Assembly: GCF_902459465.1 (NCBI RefSeq)
Contig: NC_047062.1
Location: forward strand, 28,582,001-28,646,000
DNA length: 64,000 bases
Origin: Asterias rubens
Taxonomy: Eukaryota
Direction: 5' to 3'
Shown here: in pieces, positions 38,902 through 52,005 of the stretch
Layout of the letters: each line of letters opens with the position of its first letter
Numbering within the stretch: position 1 is the stretch's first letter
Position numbers and translations under genes: made by a program
The notes under the pieces: model-generated
The model's database searches: none
What the model saw: the letters and a program-made list of their open reading frames with translations, nothing else
What the model was told of the DNA's origin: nothing

Positions 38902-39284
38902 TAAAGACAGTGGACACTATTGGTAATTGTCAAAGACCAGTCTTCTCACTTGGTGTATCTCAACATATGCATACAAAAAAAACTGTGAAAATTTGAGCTC
39001 AATCGGTCGTCGAATTTGCGAGATAATAATGAAAGAAAAAACACTATTGTTACACAAAGTTGTGTGCTTTCTGAATGCTTGATTTCGAGACGTCAAATTC
39101 TAAACTTGAGGTCTCGAGATCAAATTCGTGTAAAATTACTTCTTTCTAGAAAACTACGTCATTTCAGAGGGAGCTTTTTCTCACAATGTTTTATACCATC
39201 AACCTCTCCCCAATACTCGTAATCAAGAAAGGTTTTATGATGATAATTATTTTGAGTAATTACCAATAGTGTCCACTGCCTTTA
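38902..39284. mobile_element. About 385-bp MITE family with TIR TAAAG(A/G)CAGTGGACACTATTGGTAATT; other or partial copies about 550-2065, 2740-3095, 3770-4054, 15130-16645, 17308-17680, 23290-23430, 26370-26740, 36825-37170, 41750-41940, 43239-43622, 44555-44960
   Basis: Terminal inverted repeats, TA ends, many similar copies in both orientations, no coding capacity. Confidence 0.85.
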
Positions 39285-39639
39285 TTAACCATATTATTCA
39301 TGCACTACGTTATGCAAATGACAAAGTTTTGGAACTACAATAGAGCTATATAACCAGTTCTACGGGAAATACGTGTATTAAGTTTGTTTGACCACGTTTT
39401 ACTGCTGTCGCATAATATAAAATAAAAAAACATTTCGTTTTATCCTACTGCTGTTGTGTGATAAAAAGACACAGAAATTAATTTAGCATTCTATATTTAT
39501 TGTAAGAGGGGAGCCACACATCCCTATGCACACTCACACAGGTCATGCCGGAGAAGTAATGTGTACAATTAATCTTCTGAGAAAAAAATGACTGGAAGTG
39601 GTCACAAACATTAAAAATTACTGTATAAGGCATATATAC

Positions 39640-40450
39640 AAAAATTAATATTCTTGATCCCTGATGCAAATTTCCATCTTCAGTTAAATTGTTGCGGTAC
39701 CGCTGCTAAACATAGGATTCCAACTGCCTCTAGCCACCGGGCAATCTCGGTGGTCTAGTTGGTATGACACTGCTCTAGAATTGCAAGGGTCGTGGGTTCA
39801 AATCACACCCGAGTAATATGCCTGTGATTTTTGTATCATCACAGAGCTCGGGAAAGTACTGAGTATACAGTGCTAACACACATCGGTGTATGGGTAAAAA
39901 CCAAAATTAATATTCTTTATCCCCGATGCAAATTTAACACCTATTATATCGTTGCGGTACCCGCTGCCAAAACATAGGAATCGAACTGCCTCTAGCTGCC
40001 GGGCAACCTCGGTAGTCTAGTTGGTAAGACACTGCTCTAGAATTGCAAGGGTTGTGGGTTCGAATCCCACCCGAGTAACATGCCTGTGATATTTTTTCAC
40101 AGGACTCGGGAAAGTACTGAGTATACAGTGCTAACACACATCGGTGTATGGGTAAAAACCAAAATTAATATTCTTTATCCCCGATGCAAATTTAACATCT
40201 ATTATATCGTTGCGGTACCCGCTGCCAAAACATAGGATTCGAACTGCCTCTAGCTGCCGGGCAATCTCGGTGGTCTAGTTGGTAAGACACTGCTCTAGAA
40301 TTGCAAGGGTCGTGGGTTCGAATCACACCCGAGTAATATGCCTGTGATTTTTGTATCATCACAGAGCTCGGGAAAGTACTTAGTATGCACACGTAGGTGT
40401 GTATGGGTAAAACCAAAATAATTAATACTAATTGTCCCTGATGCAAATTT
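39640..40450 (+). mobile_element. Three tandem units of a second tRNA-derived SINE
   Basis: Heads near 39738, 40000 and 40258 with A box (ggtctagttggt) and B box (ggttcgaatc), followed by a non-tRNA body. Period about 240-260 bp. Confidence 0.75.
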
Positions 40451-40760
40451 CCATCTATTAAACCTTTTTTTCTGGTAAGCAAAACATTTTCCACTATATG
40501 AGCAAATTTTCACCATTGTGCACACACGAACTTGCTCATGGTAGTCAACCAATGGTCGACCAGCCTGGGTCTAAGTCAAAATAGTCAACCTTTAGTTAAC
40601 CATGGTGCACACTCGAACTTGCTTGTTGCTGTAGCATATATATCCCGTCTCAACTGAAGAAAACATCAGCATAAGCAAACTGTCTCACAAGTGTGCGAAG
40701 TAGTTGCTAATCAAAATATCATTTTCCCGCTAATATTGAGTTTAAGTTATGTTAACGATT

Positions 40761-40980
40761 TTACTTAGTTTTGTCCTTTATCACTGATCTGTCTTCGACA
40801 GGATCCCAATACGATGTATAGGTGCTCACATTCAAGGACCAATCAATCAAATATGCGTAGTACGGTGAAGACGCTGGGCTTAAATACCATCTGGCCCTTC
40901 ACACCAAAACTACGAATCTTCCTTTCTAGAGACATCACCTCTTCCTTGTTGGTGAAATTGTTGGTGTGCACCCAAGTTAT
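40761..40980 (-). pseudogene. Truncated relic of the 3' half of the C11orf68-like last exon
   Basis: Near-identical to 41249-41473 with a 5-nt frameshifting deletion (ccaatcaatcaaatatg vs ccaatcattatttgcaaatatg). Fused at 40980 to a MITE fragment. Confidence 0.8.
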
Positions 40981-41248
40981 GGCCGATCGATCTCAAACTT
41001 CTACATGTTTGTCAGTGTATGAGTATGGTGGATTACATAAAGTGATTACACTGCCAGCAAATGTTTATTAGCAAAAACCAATTCTGTAATGTTCCTTTAA
41101 AAAAATCATGAAATTACCGACAGCTGTCGAAGCTTATACTGTTTTCCATCTAAATTAATACTTTGATGCGAGGGTTATCTAATGGTGTTCAAAGTAGTTG
41201 TGTAATAAAATCGGTATTAACTTTTGGGTTGCTTCATAGTTTACAATT

Positions 41249-43068
41249 TTACTTGGTTTTGTCCTTTATCACTGATCTGTCTTCGGCAGGATCCCAATAC
41301 GATGTATAGGTGCTCACATTCAAGGACCAATCATTATTTGCAAATATGCGTAGTACGGTGAAGACGCTGGGCTTAAATACCATCTGGCCCTTCACACCAA
41401 AACTACGAATCTTCCTTTCTAGAGACATCACCTCTTCTTTGTTGGTGAAATTGTTGGTGTGAACCCAGGTTATGTAATTTTCATCCCACTGTTTAACAGA
41501 CACTTTAGCCAAGATACCGAGCTTCCCCTCCGCTGTTGCTTGGGCAATTCTCACCCATTCCTTGTCCTGATTTTCTCTTTCGCACGGTTTGTAAAAGAGA
41601 AGCCACTTGCCCCGCAAACACCTTCAATGTAAAACAAAATAACATGCAGTGTTTTAAATTTAAGAACATTCAGCATTTCCCCTTCTAACCTTTTTAGTAA
41701 ATGTTGTTGTTCCCGTTATTTATACTGTTAACAGGTTGGTGAACGTTGGAAGGCACTGGTCACCTTTGGTAATTGTCAAAGACCAGTCTTCTCACTTAGT
41801 GTTTCCCAACATATAATGAAAAAAAAAACTGTGAAAATTTGGGCTCAATTGGTAGTCGAAGTTGCGAGAGAATAAATGGAAGAACAAAAATACCCTGATC
41901 GCACAAGTTGTGTGCTTTCAGATACTTGTATTGGAGACCTCCGCTGTTTCCTTCCATTCAACAATAGACTGTTTAAAGAGGAATATCAATTCCTATACTT
42001 TCAGATCCCCTGAGTTCTTTTCACCTTAATTAATTATTCTTCTTGTAGCCCCATACTAAGAGTGGCTTATAACCTTGTTTGAGGCGAACATGTATACAAA
42101 TAACAATAAAAACATCACTATATTGCCGTTGATGAGGTCAACGAGATTGTGGATAAATGTGAGACAAATTGTGCCGTCGTCAAGACATCAAAATTATTTT
42201 TTGCGATGGCAGGTTTTGGGGTTTTATTTTCCCAGTCATTATTTTAGAAGAGATCTTGCCCATATTGATTCAACTTACTTGTGAGCCAAAGCCAATTCTT
42301 TGATAGAGGGGAAGTTTACTCGGTCGGGTGTAAGTTTTAATTCTTCCCAGTCAGTTATCAAGCTTTCCCTATCCCCAAGTGCTTCATCTTCAACATAGCT
42401 TGGCGACAAAACTCTTGCTTCTTTAACACCTTCGGGCCTAGAAAACAAATTAAGGGTATACTTTATATGTGACAATGCATAATTGCTTCCCTCCCCTTTA
42501 GATTTGTTGATGTTAACAAGCTCACTAAAATGTAATGTTGCCTGGTTGGCCTGTTAAGCTCGTCCCAACTGGGCGTCTGTTGCTGCAATGGCTAAGATCA
42601 TGTTGAACAGACAGCAACTTCGGGAAAATCTAGCCCATAAACGCGGCTTTTCAAGAATATGGAAACTACAGCTTACATGTAGTTTTAAGTGAGTACCGGT
42701 TTATTTTAAATAACAAGTACAACAACTAGTTGTATAATTTCAAACCCCTCACCCGTTGTCTCATTTGAATGTGAATTTCCCACTCTAACATCTTTTAACT
42801 TCCCTGATTTCTGATTTAGGAATTTACAATTCAAAACAAAGTAAGTAAGTCCAACAATTATTATTTTTTTTTTTTTTTTTTTTTTTTTGGGGGGGGGGGA
42901 TATTAAACTTAAATCTCACCACTCAAACTTTGAAGGCACGATGCTTTCTAAGAAAAAATTCAGACGGCGTTGTTGTTCGCTCTCATCTTTATAGTCCCGT
43001 GGATTGAAGGCATACAAACTACCCTTGTAGTTTTCTGACGACATAAAGTCAGAAGGTTCGAGGTCCAT
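41249..43068 (-). CDS. C11orf68: C11orf68-like paralog 4; exons 43068-42920, 42437-42279, 41621-41249; at least 226 aa (upstream exon not identified)
   Basis: GT-AG phase-2 introns, 149+159+373=681 nt in frame. Motifs FNPRDY..PSK, GD.E.L..W..L, RGKWLLF, AKVS, VHTNNF, FKPSVFT. Confidence 0.8.
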
Positions 43069-45097
43069 TGTGTAGAAGTTCTGATACCGAGATAAAAGCT
43101 GGAGTAGAAAGGATACTCTTTATTATGTATTGACTTGACATGTCTAATTGTTAATTACCCATTATTGATCAACTTAGAAAACACTAGAATTTCTAAAAGT
43201 TCCATTGTGTTATCAAGTTTCTTGAAATTAAAAGTCTTTAAAGGCAGTGGACACTATTGGTAATTTCTCAAAATAATTATCATCATTAAACCTTTCTTGA
43301 TTACGAGTAATGAGGAGAGGTTGGTAGTATAAAACATTGTGAGAAGCAGCTCCCTCTGAAGTGACGTAGTTTTCAAGAAAGAAGTAATTTTCTGCAAATT
43401 TGATTTCGAGACCTCAAGTTTAGAATTTGAGGTCTCGAAATCAAGCATCAGAAAGCACACAACTTCGTGTGACAATGGTGTTTTTTCTTTCATTATTATC
43501 TCGCAACTTCGACCACCGATTGAGCTCAAATTTTTACAGGTTTGTTATTTTATGCATATATTGAGATACACCAACTGTGAAGGCTAGTCTTTGGCAATTA
43601 CCAATAGTGTCCACTGCCTTTAAAATTAAAAGTCTGTATCTTGAAAGTGATTCGCTAATGAGGACTCCTCTAGAGAGTATTGTTTGAAGCTTTGTATGGT
43701 GTGGAGAAATAAGAAGAAACCATAAATAAATAGTGAACTTGCGGGTACAACCATGTGTAAATCTCTTAGGGTGAGTGTTCGCTCTGAAAAGAGCCGGTTT
43801 GGTCTCGACGTTTCGAACAGTATAGGCCTATACTTTGCTCGTTTCTCCTGAAGACGAGCAGAGTATACTGTTCGAAACATCGAGACCCAACCGGCTCTTT
43901 TCAGAGCCAACACTCACCCTAAGAGATTTACACCCGCAAGTTCACTATTTATTTATAGTTTCTTCTTATTCCTTTAGTTGAAAGTTACAATTGACTCACC
44001 GCAAACAAGACACTCATATATCATGGATGTTGGCGTTTATATCAACAATTTGTTTGTTAAAGGAACGTTACAGAATTGGTAAACAAAAATCATGAAGATC
44101 ACAGATTTACATAAAACTTACACGGTCTAATGATGATGGTAGTAGAAAACATCCATTGGAATATTTCTGTCTGAAGTGTCATATTTGATGAGAAACAAAT
44201 AATATAATTTCTCGTTCGGAGTTTATCGCTCAGTGAGCGTTTTATTCATTTTTGTTTTGGCATCGATGCAATGACAAATTTGTAATCGGTTTTTCACTAT
44301 TCTCTTGTGACCCAGATGGTCGATCAATCTCAAACTTCTACAGGTTAGTCAGTTTATGTATATGATGGATTACATGAAGTGCTTACACTGCCAGCAACTG
44401 TTTTGTTAGCAAAAACCAATTCTGTAATAAACAGTGCAATATGCAGGAGGTGTTTTACTGGTAACTAGACATGCCAGACTTGGGCGCTGCATTCGAATTG
44501 ACAGCTTCGGTTGCGTCTATGACAAGACGAGTGCCCCGTGCTGCCAAATTGCACTGAACACTATTGGTAATTACTCAAAATAATTGTTAGCCAAAAAAAA
44601 ATGACTTGGTAATGAGCAATGGAGAGCTGTTGAAAGTATAGTTTTAGTTGCTAAGGCGTTGACGAGACCAGCATAGATAGATAGTGTAAATCATTGTGAG
44701 AAACGTCTTCCTCTAATGTAGCGTAGTTTTTGAAAAAAGCGGCAATTCCTCACTAAAATAATAAAATACTTCAGCTAAAGCCTTTTATTGTGCATCTGAA
44801 AGCACACAAAGTAATGCACTAAGGGAGGTTTTCTGTCATTCTTCTCATGCAAATTCGATGACCAATTGAGCCCAAATGTTCACAGATTTGCTATTTTATA
44901 ATGTTGGGATACACCAAGTGAGAATACTGGTATATTTGCCATTACCAAAGGTGTCCAGTACCGCTAAAAAGACGTGCTAAAAAAGACGTATTATGTAGAC
45001 CTTTCCATTCATTTGTTGTTACACAAGCTGCGCTGGTTGGCATGGCTGAATGTTATCATCAACATCCAGTCCTGTTAACAGATGCTCTGACCAAGTT

Positions 45098-45630
45098 TAA
45101 AGTCACCTGGAAGTGGTATTTTTTCAAAACAAAGCTTTTGTCACTAATATATGTGTTTTGATGAGTGGAATGTGAATAAACAGTTAACTAAGGTTTTAAA
45201 AAATCAGTTCTTATGTTATTTACAAATTTAAGGGTAGACCCGGACCCGAGAGGGCGCTGTTCGTGACGTCAATCGAGGCAGACTTTGCCTGTAATGCGTA
45301 GAGTAAACACAAATGCACAGTACATGTACGGACCAAGTCGTGAGTTTGTACTTTTAAAAAAAAAATTGTTTTTTTTCCGACTTTTTGAAATGTACCAACT
45401 CACGACTTGGACGTACATTTACTTTGCACGTGTGTTTACTATACGCATTGCAGGCAAAGTCTGCCTCGATTGACGTCACAAATTGGGTAGGCGGAGTCAG
45501 CCCCCCAAACAACTTTATATATTTTTTAGACATATAAATCGTGCGAACAATTACTAAAAAAAAATTGTATTGTTCGTAAGCATATACTCTTATGTTTGAA
45601 AGAAAACAAGTATATTTCCAGGTGACTTTA
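45098..45630. mobile_element. MITE with TIR TAAAGTCACCTGGAA containing a long internal imperfect inverted repeat (about 45264-45479)
   Basis: taaagtcacctggaa / ttccaggtgacttta ends; internal arms gtgacgtcaatcgaggcagactttgcctg and its reverse complement. Confidence 0.7.
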
Positions 45631-47614
45631 ATAATTATGTTTTGCAAACTTTGGCACAAACTAAATATCGCCCATGATGGTTGCTTTTTATCCAAGAAAA
45701 TCAATACTATTTTCGAATAGTTGTGTGCATTGTTACAAACTGTGGCCATCTGTTTTTGTTTTGCATTTATGTATTTTCACAGTATGGTAAAAACTCGGGC
45801 TGGTGACGTTGCTTGCGATAGAAAATTCCAATGCCGCAGCCGTATTTTTTTTTACACCTCGGCGAAGGGTTTTGTACTGTAAATGTAAACTGCCAATTCC
45901 TAGCCTGTCTTGAAACGAGACTACGTTACAACGCTTTTTGAAATAATCCCCCAATTGGGTGGGGGTGCATATACAACGGCGTGTGGAATTCTGGCTTTCC
46001 CTTTAGCGAAATAATCCTCTGATATAGGGGGCATGGGCGTAACGGTATTATAAGAAGCGTAGTCTCATTTCCAGACATGAGTCGGCAGTGTTACTAAAAC
46101 CCCTCGCTGCGGTGTAAAACAAAATATGCAGCCTACCAAAGCCGTCTTGTATTCCGGAAACGAAAATTCCCATTTCCCTGGTAATAATGCATCATGCATG
46201 GTGTTGATGCTGACAGAATACCACCGTTAACGTATAGTGTCGTGAGCAATAAACTCAGTTTTTACATACATTATGTACCAGTAGTGTTATTTATAATAAT
46301 GCGTATTTACTTCAACCATGGAGGTAGAACTTCAACATACATGCGCTGCACATGGCCATACCTGCACAATAAAGTACGAACACTATATACAGTAAATACT
46401 CACAGTCACAACATCATACGACGGTATTATTTCGTACGGTAAACATTAATATTCCTCCATTTACATGATGACCGGATCATCTAAATTGGGTTTAATATTA
46501 AAAAGGGGGTATTTTGTGAAAATACGCGACTCGAGGTCAATCGTCTACAACGCTAGTCTTGGTCCAAAGGTTGAAGACGCGAACTGGAAATCGAATAAGG
46601 ATAGTGACGCCCTCTGTTGTTTACATTTATCCAGTAGGTGTGAACTACATTAAACCATGATTAAACAATGTGCAGTGATTCGTTCCTTGGTTGGAATGCT
46701 AACGTCTTGGAACCAAGACTACTAATAGACTGTGATAACGCACGGGTAAAGTCTAGCTTCCAAATGTACACACACTACATACAAACGAATTGTATGCATA
46801 TTAATGCTCGTTTCGTATCTTTTTTTATCTGACCCTTGGTGACCCGCAAGCATATTGAACAATGAATTGTGTAAACATGTAAATACAATTGTGCATAAAT
46901 TATTCTTACCTAGGGCACACACCTCCTGACGTTTGCACAGACTTGAGTTAATTCAGTGTAGAACTGCAAACAGGCTCGGGTGTGTGATGAAAACTGCGCA
47001 ATGTACAGGCTACGTAGTCTGCGCAACAGAATCAGGATTTCACACGCTAGGGAAAGTCCCTAATTACGGAGGCCTAGAGCGGCCTTTGTGCAAGTACGGA
47101 ATAAATGGATACTATTTTTTATTCAAATGCATAAAGTCCATAATAATATTATTTTATTTTTGATGTTCATTAAGAAAACACGTTGAAGCCTTAACACTGA
47201 TACAATTTACCTGGAGTGGAAAAGCAAGTCTTTGAGAAGTTCTCCCTTGTTGTATTTCAGAAGTTGATAAAATCAGACAGTACAATCTCCCAAAAAATAT
47301 GAACTTAATGTTTTGTTTCACAGGTTCATGGTTCATAAGCTTTATGTAACATTTAATATCTGAAAGAATTATTTTGCTTGAATTCTATGTCTTACAAATA
47401 CACCATTTACTAGACCACATAGAAAGTTCGTACCCCCCCCCCCCCCCCCAAGAAAAAAAGAAAAAAATTATCATAAGCCACTCTCTTTGAACTGCCAATC
47501 AAAAAGATAAACCGAATGGTGGGTTAACATACTTAGGCCGTATCAGCTATAATGTATGTTTAAAAAATCATGAAAATGTCCGATAGCTGCCAAAGCTTAA
47601 TTTTGTTTTGCATT

Positions 47615-48000
47615 TAAAGGAACAATACAGAATTGGTAAGAACAAAACTCGTCTAAGATCACATATTTACATCAAACTTACACGGTCTAATGAAGATGAT
47701 AGTAGAAAACATCCCTTAAAATATTTTTGCCTGAAATGTCATATTTTGACGAGAAATAAATAAAACTGATTTCCCGTTTGTAGTTTATCGCTCAATGAGC
47801 GTTTTATCCTCTTTTTTTTTTAAATCGATGTCATGCATAATGTGTATTTTGTTTTTCACTATTTTCTTGTGACCCAGATGGCCGATCGATTTCAAACTTC
47901 TACATGTTTGTCAGTGTATGCGTATGGTGGGTTAAATAAAGTGATTACACTGCCAGCAAATGTTTATTAGCAAAAACCAATTCTCTATTTGTTCCTTTAA
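47615..48000. mobile_element. MITE family starting TAAAGGAAC..ACAGAATTGGT; other copies about 44058-44390, 51474-51855, partial 40981-41100
   Basis: Homologous copies with inverted termini (taaaggaacaatacagaattggt / accaattctctatttgttccttta). Confidence 0.7.
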
Positions 48001-48149
48001 AAAAAATCATGAAAATACCGATAGCTGTCGAAGCTTATACTGTTTTCCATCTAAATTAATACTTTGATGCGAGGGTTATCTAATGGTGTTCAAAGTAGTT
48101 GTGTAATAAAATCGGTATTAACTTTTGGGTTGCTTCATAGTTTACAATT

Positions 48150-49719
48150 TTACATGGTTTCGTCCTTTATCACTGATCTGTCTTCGGCAGAATTCCAACA
48201 CGATGTATAGGTGCCCACATTCAAGGACCAATCATTAATTGCAAATATGCGTAGTACGGTGAAGACACTGGGCTTATAAACCATCTTGCCCTTCACACCA
48301 AGATGACGAATCTTCTCTTCCAGTTCCTTCACCCCTTCCTTGTTGTTGAAATTATTATTGTAGACACTAATAAAGTAAGCTGTTGCCCCCATGTCTCTCG
48401 GCACTTTAGCGAACATACCGAGCTTCCCCTTCACTGTTGCTTGGGCAATCCTCACCCATTCCGCGTCATATTTTTCTCTTTCGAACGGTTTGTAAAAGAG
48501 AAGCCACGTACCCCGTAAACACCTTTAATGAAAGAAAGAGCGGAACAACACACAATAATTTATTTTCAAACCACTCAGCATTTTCAAATTCATTTAAATC
48601 AATTGTTAGTATAATTTTTTTACTTTTCATTTTCAATGACACTGGACAGTATTTTTTAGAGAGAAAAGGGAGAAAAGGTCCCCTGCCCGATGATTTCACT
48701 AGCTAAAGTAACTATCATCTGGTTTCCTAGGTTTGTTACATTTCTTCTCTTTTTATTGTTATTATCTCACAATATTATTAGGACCGTTTATTTTCTAATT
48801 TGTGAAAAGTGTTTTAACTAATGTTGCAATCGTCACGACATCAATTCAATCTTTGCTTAGCCTCTATATATTTTGGTGATTACAGGTTTTTTCTTCAGTT
48901 TTTGATTGCAATAATATTTTGCTTTTTGAGAACAATTGCCTTATGATAAGAATTCATCTTACTTGTGAGCCAAAGCCAATTCTTTGATAGTGAGGAAGTT
49001 TACTCGGTCGGGTGTAAGTTTTAATTCTTCCCAGTCAGTTATCAAGCTTGCCTTATCTCCAAGGCATTCATCTTCAACATAGCTTGGCGACAAAACTCTT
49101 GCTTCTTCAACACCTGCAGGCCTGGAAAATTCATGGGGTAGACCTATGATGTGACGTTATTGCTTCCCTTGGCCCACCCCTATATGTACGCTTGTTAGAC
49201 TTGTATCACCTGAACATATTGATGCAATGTCTGAAATCATTTCAGTGGCAACCTTCGGACAAGCCTAGCCCCAAATCTTGGCATTTCAAAGGAGTGGCAA
49301 AGTACAGTTATATTTAAAAGAGCACATGCTTTTATGAATAACAAATAACCTACAAAACATCAAATAGATATAGCTTCAATCGTTTAAATTTTTACCGCAC
49401 AATTTCATTTAAATGCGAGTTTCACCACTTTGGCACCTTTTAACATTAATTTCTTATAACAATTTGCAATTTGTTTTACGGTAATTGAAGTTAATCGCAA
49501 ATGATGTTAGGGGATGGGATAAAATGTACTAAATTGGTTGACTACTAATTCTCACCACTCAAACTTTGAAGGCACGATGCTTTCCAGAAAAAAATCAAGC
49601 CGGCGTTGTTGTTCGCTCTGATCATCTGGGTAGTCCCGAGGATTGAAGGCATACCGTTCCACTGTGCGCCAACCCTTATAGTCTTCCACTGACCTAAAGT
49701 CAGAAAGTTTGAGCTCCAT
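48150..49719 (-). CDS. C11orf68: C11orf68-like paralog 5; exons 49719-49556, 49121-48963, 48522-48150; at least 231 aa; probable upstream exon with donor at 50760
   Basis: 164+159+373=696 nt in frame, canonical splice sites, RGTWLLF...YKPSVFT. Confidence 0.82.
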
Positions 49720-50017
49720 GTGTTGTGTGGAAGTACTGAAAGCTGGAAACTGAACGGCAAGATAAGACAAGATTGTTTATCCCACTGTCTTTATCTGCAA
49801 GGATACAGACAGACTAGGTATGCTTTTCAGAACCAGTGATTTCATTGGATACCATGATTGGATAAAGTAAACGTGCAGTGACGTAAGCTTTGCATAATGT
49901 CTGTGTTGATTGGTCTAAGGTGATGTGGGTGCAGCTGACAACCATCGCATCGGACCAATCAAAACACAGATATGAAAAGCTTACTTTCGGTTGTCCATGT
50001 AGTGTCCACGAGTGTAT

Positions 50018-50250
50018 TAGCGAGGTTTAGCTGTTACGCGAGCAAAAACGTGACCGTTAACACCACAAAACTGTGTCATTTCTAGGTTTATTTCTCGGGT
50101 TTATTTCATGTTCACGTATGACGTCTGCACGTACGTACGTACCTGACTTGAAAATGGTTACTTCACGAAGGCTTAAAACGTGCGATTTTTACATTTTTTG
50201 ACGTTCACGTTTACGTTTTTGCTCGCGTAACGTGCAGCTAAACCTCTCTA
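50018..50250. mobile_element. MITE nested in the CRE/CCAAT module (second copy 53738-53974)
   Basis: TIRs tagcgaggtttagctg-ttacgcgagcaaaaacgt / acgtttttgctcgcgtaa-cgtg-cagctaaacctctcta. Confidence 0.75.
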
Positions 50251-52005
50251 TTATACAAGAGTGCGTATCTCCATGTGAAATAAGCGAAAGGTGCGAAAGG
50301 TGAATGATATGGGGATTGACGTAGGCTAGAGGCCACTCTTTGGCGTTATTCAGGAACCTCAAAGTGTGACGTCAAATGTTTCAACATCTTGGTGCAACTG
50401 AATGCAGAACCACCTCAAGCTCATCTATGCTCCAAAAAGTTTGCATCTACATTAGATTAGTACAAGTAGCTAGCTATGTATACCTTTATAAGATAAAGGG
50501 ATTCGGTGTTGTGATAATGCGTTACTTCATTTTGGAAACTGGAGCCACCCTTTTTTATGTAAACAAGTTATTTATATTAGGATGCGTAGTACTAGTAGGC
50601 CTACAATTTTATTTGTACGTTTTTCCTGTAGCCGCCTGTCTGAACATAAAACAATGCGGATGAGGCGTAGTCTCTGTTTAAAAATGATTTTATTTACACA
50701 TAATCACTCTTTAATCAAGTAGCAGAACAATATTATTAGGCTTTAATTGCACAACCTACCTTGGATTTTAGCTGTCCGTATAACGCTGTCTGGAGTACTG
50801 TTTTGGGGGTGTGTGTCTCTTTCTCTTCTGAGCCTTTATTCAAGGCGCACCTGCGCAATGTACAGGCTACGTAGTCTGCGCAACAGAATCAGGATTCACA
50901 CGCTAGGGAAAGTCCCTAATTACGGAGGCCTAGAGCGGCCTTTGTGCAAGTACGGAATAAATGGATAATATTTTGATTCAAAATGCTCTGTCAAAGTCCA
51001 TAATAATATTATTTTATTATTGAGGTTCATTAAGAACACACGTTGAAGCCTTAACACTGATACAATTTACCTGGAGTGGAAAAGCAAGTCTTTGAGAAGT
51101 TCTCCCTTGTTGTATTTCAGAAGTTGATAAAATCAGACAGTACAATCTCCCCAAAAAATATTAATTTAATGTTTTGTTTCACAGGTTCATAGTTCATAAG
51201 CTTTATGTAACATTTAATATCTGAAAAGAATTATTTTGCTTGAATTCTATGTCTTACAAATACACCATTTATTAGACCACATAGAAAGTTCGTACTCCCC
51301 CCCCCCCCAAAAAAAAAAAAAAGAAATGATCATAAGCCACTCTCTTTGAACTGCTAATCAAAAAGATAAACCGAATGGTGGGTTGACATACTTAGGCCGT
51401 ATCAGCTATAATGTATGTTTAAAAAATCATGAAAATGACCGATAGCTGCCAAAGCTTAATTTTGTTTTGCATTTAAAGGAACAATACAGAATTGGTAAGA
51501 ACAAAACTCGTCTAAGATCACATATTTACATCAAACTTACACAGTCTAATGAAGATGATAGTAGAAAACATCCCTTGAAATATTTTTGCCTGAAATGTCA
51601 TATTTTGACGAGAAATAAATAAAACTGATTTCCCGTTTGGAGTTTATCGCTCAATGAGCGTTTTATCCCTTTTTTTTTAAATCGATGTCATGCATAATGT
51701 GTGTTCTGTTTTTCACTATTTTCTTGTGACCCAGATGGCCGATCGATCTCAAACTTCTACATGTTTGTCAGTGTATGCGTATGGTGGATTAAATAAAGTG
51801 ATTACACTGCCAGCAAATGTTTATTAGCAAAAACCAATTCTCTATTTGTTCCTTTAAAAAAATCATGAAAATACCGATAGCTGTCGAAGCTTATACTGTT
51901 TTCCATCTAAATTAATACTTTGATGCGAGGGTTATCTAATGGTGTTCAAAGTAGTTGTGTAATAAAATCGGTATTAACTTTTGGGTTGCTTCATAGTTTA
52001 CAATT

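Noticed and set aside
39738-40340. Possible tRNA genes
   Set aside because: They have A/B boxes, but I could not fold a convincing acceptor stem or see a Pol III terminator, and a shared non-tRNA body follows, so they are SINE heads.
44000-44035. Candidate first exon for paralog 4 (ATGAGTGTCTTGTTTGCG|GTGAGT)
   Set aside because: It would splice in frame, but it has no homolog near the other copies and such short matches arise by chance.
50376-50663. 95-aa plus-strand ORF duplicated at 54091-54378
   Set aside because: No recognisable domain; it is present twice only because of the tandem duplication and lies antisense in an intron.
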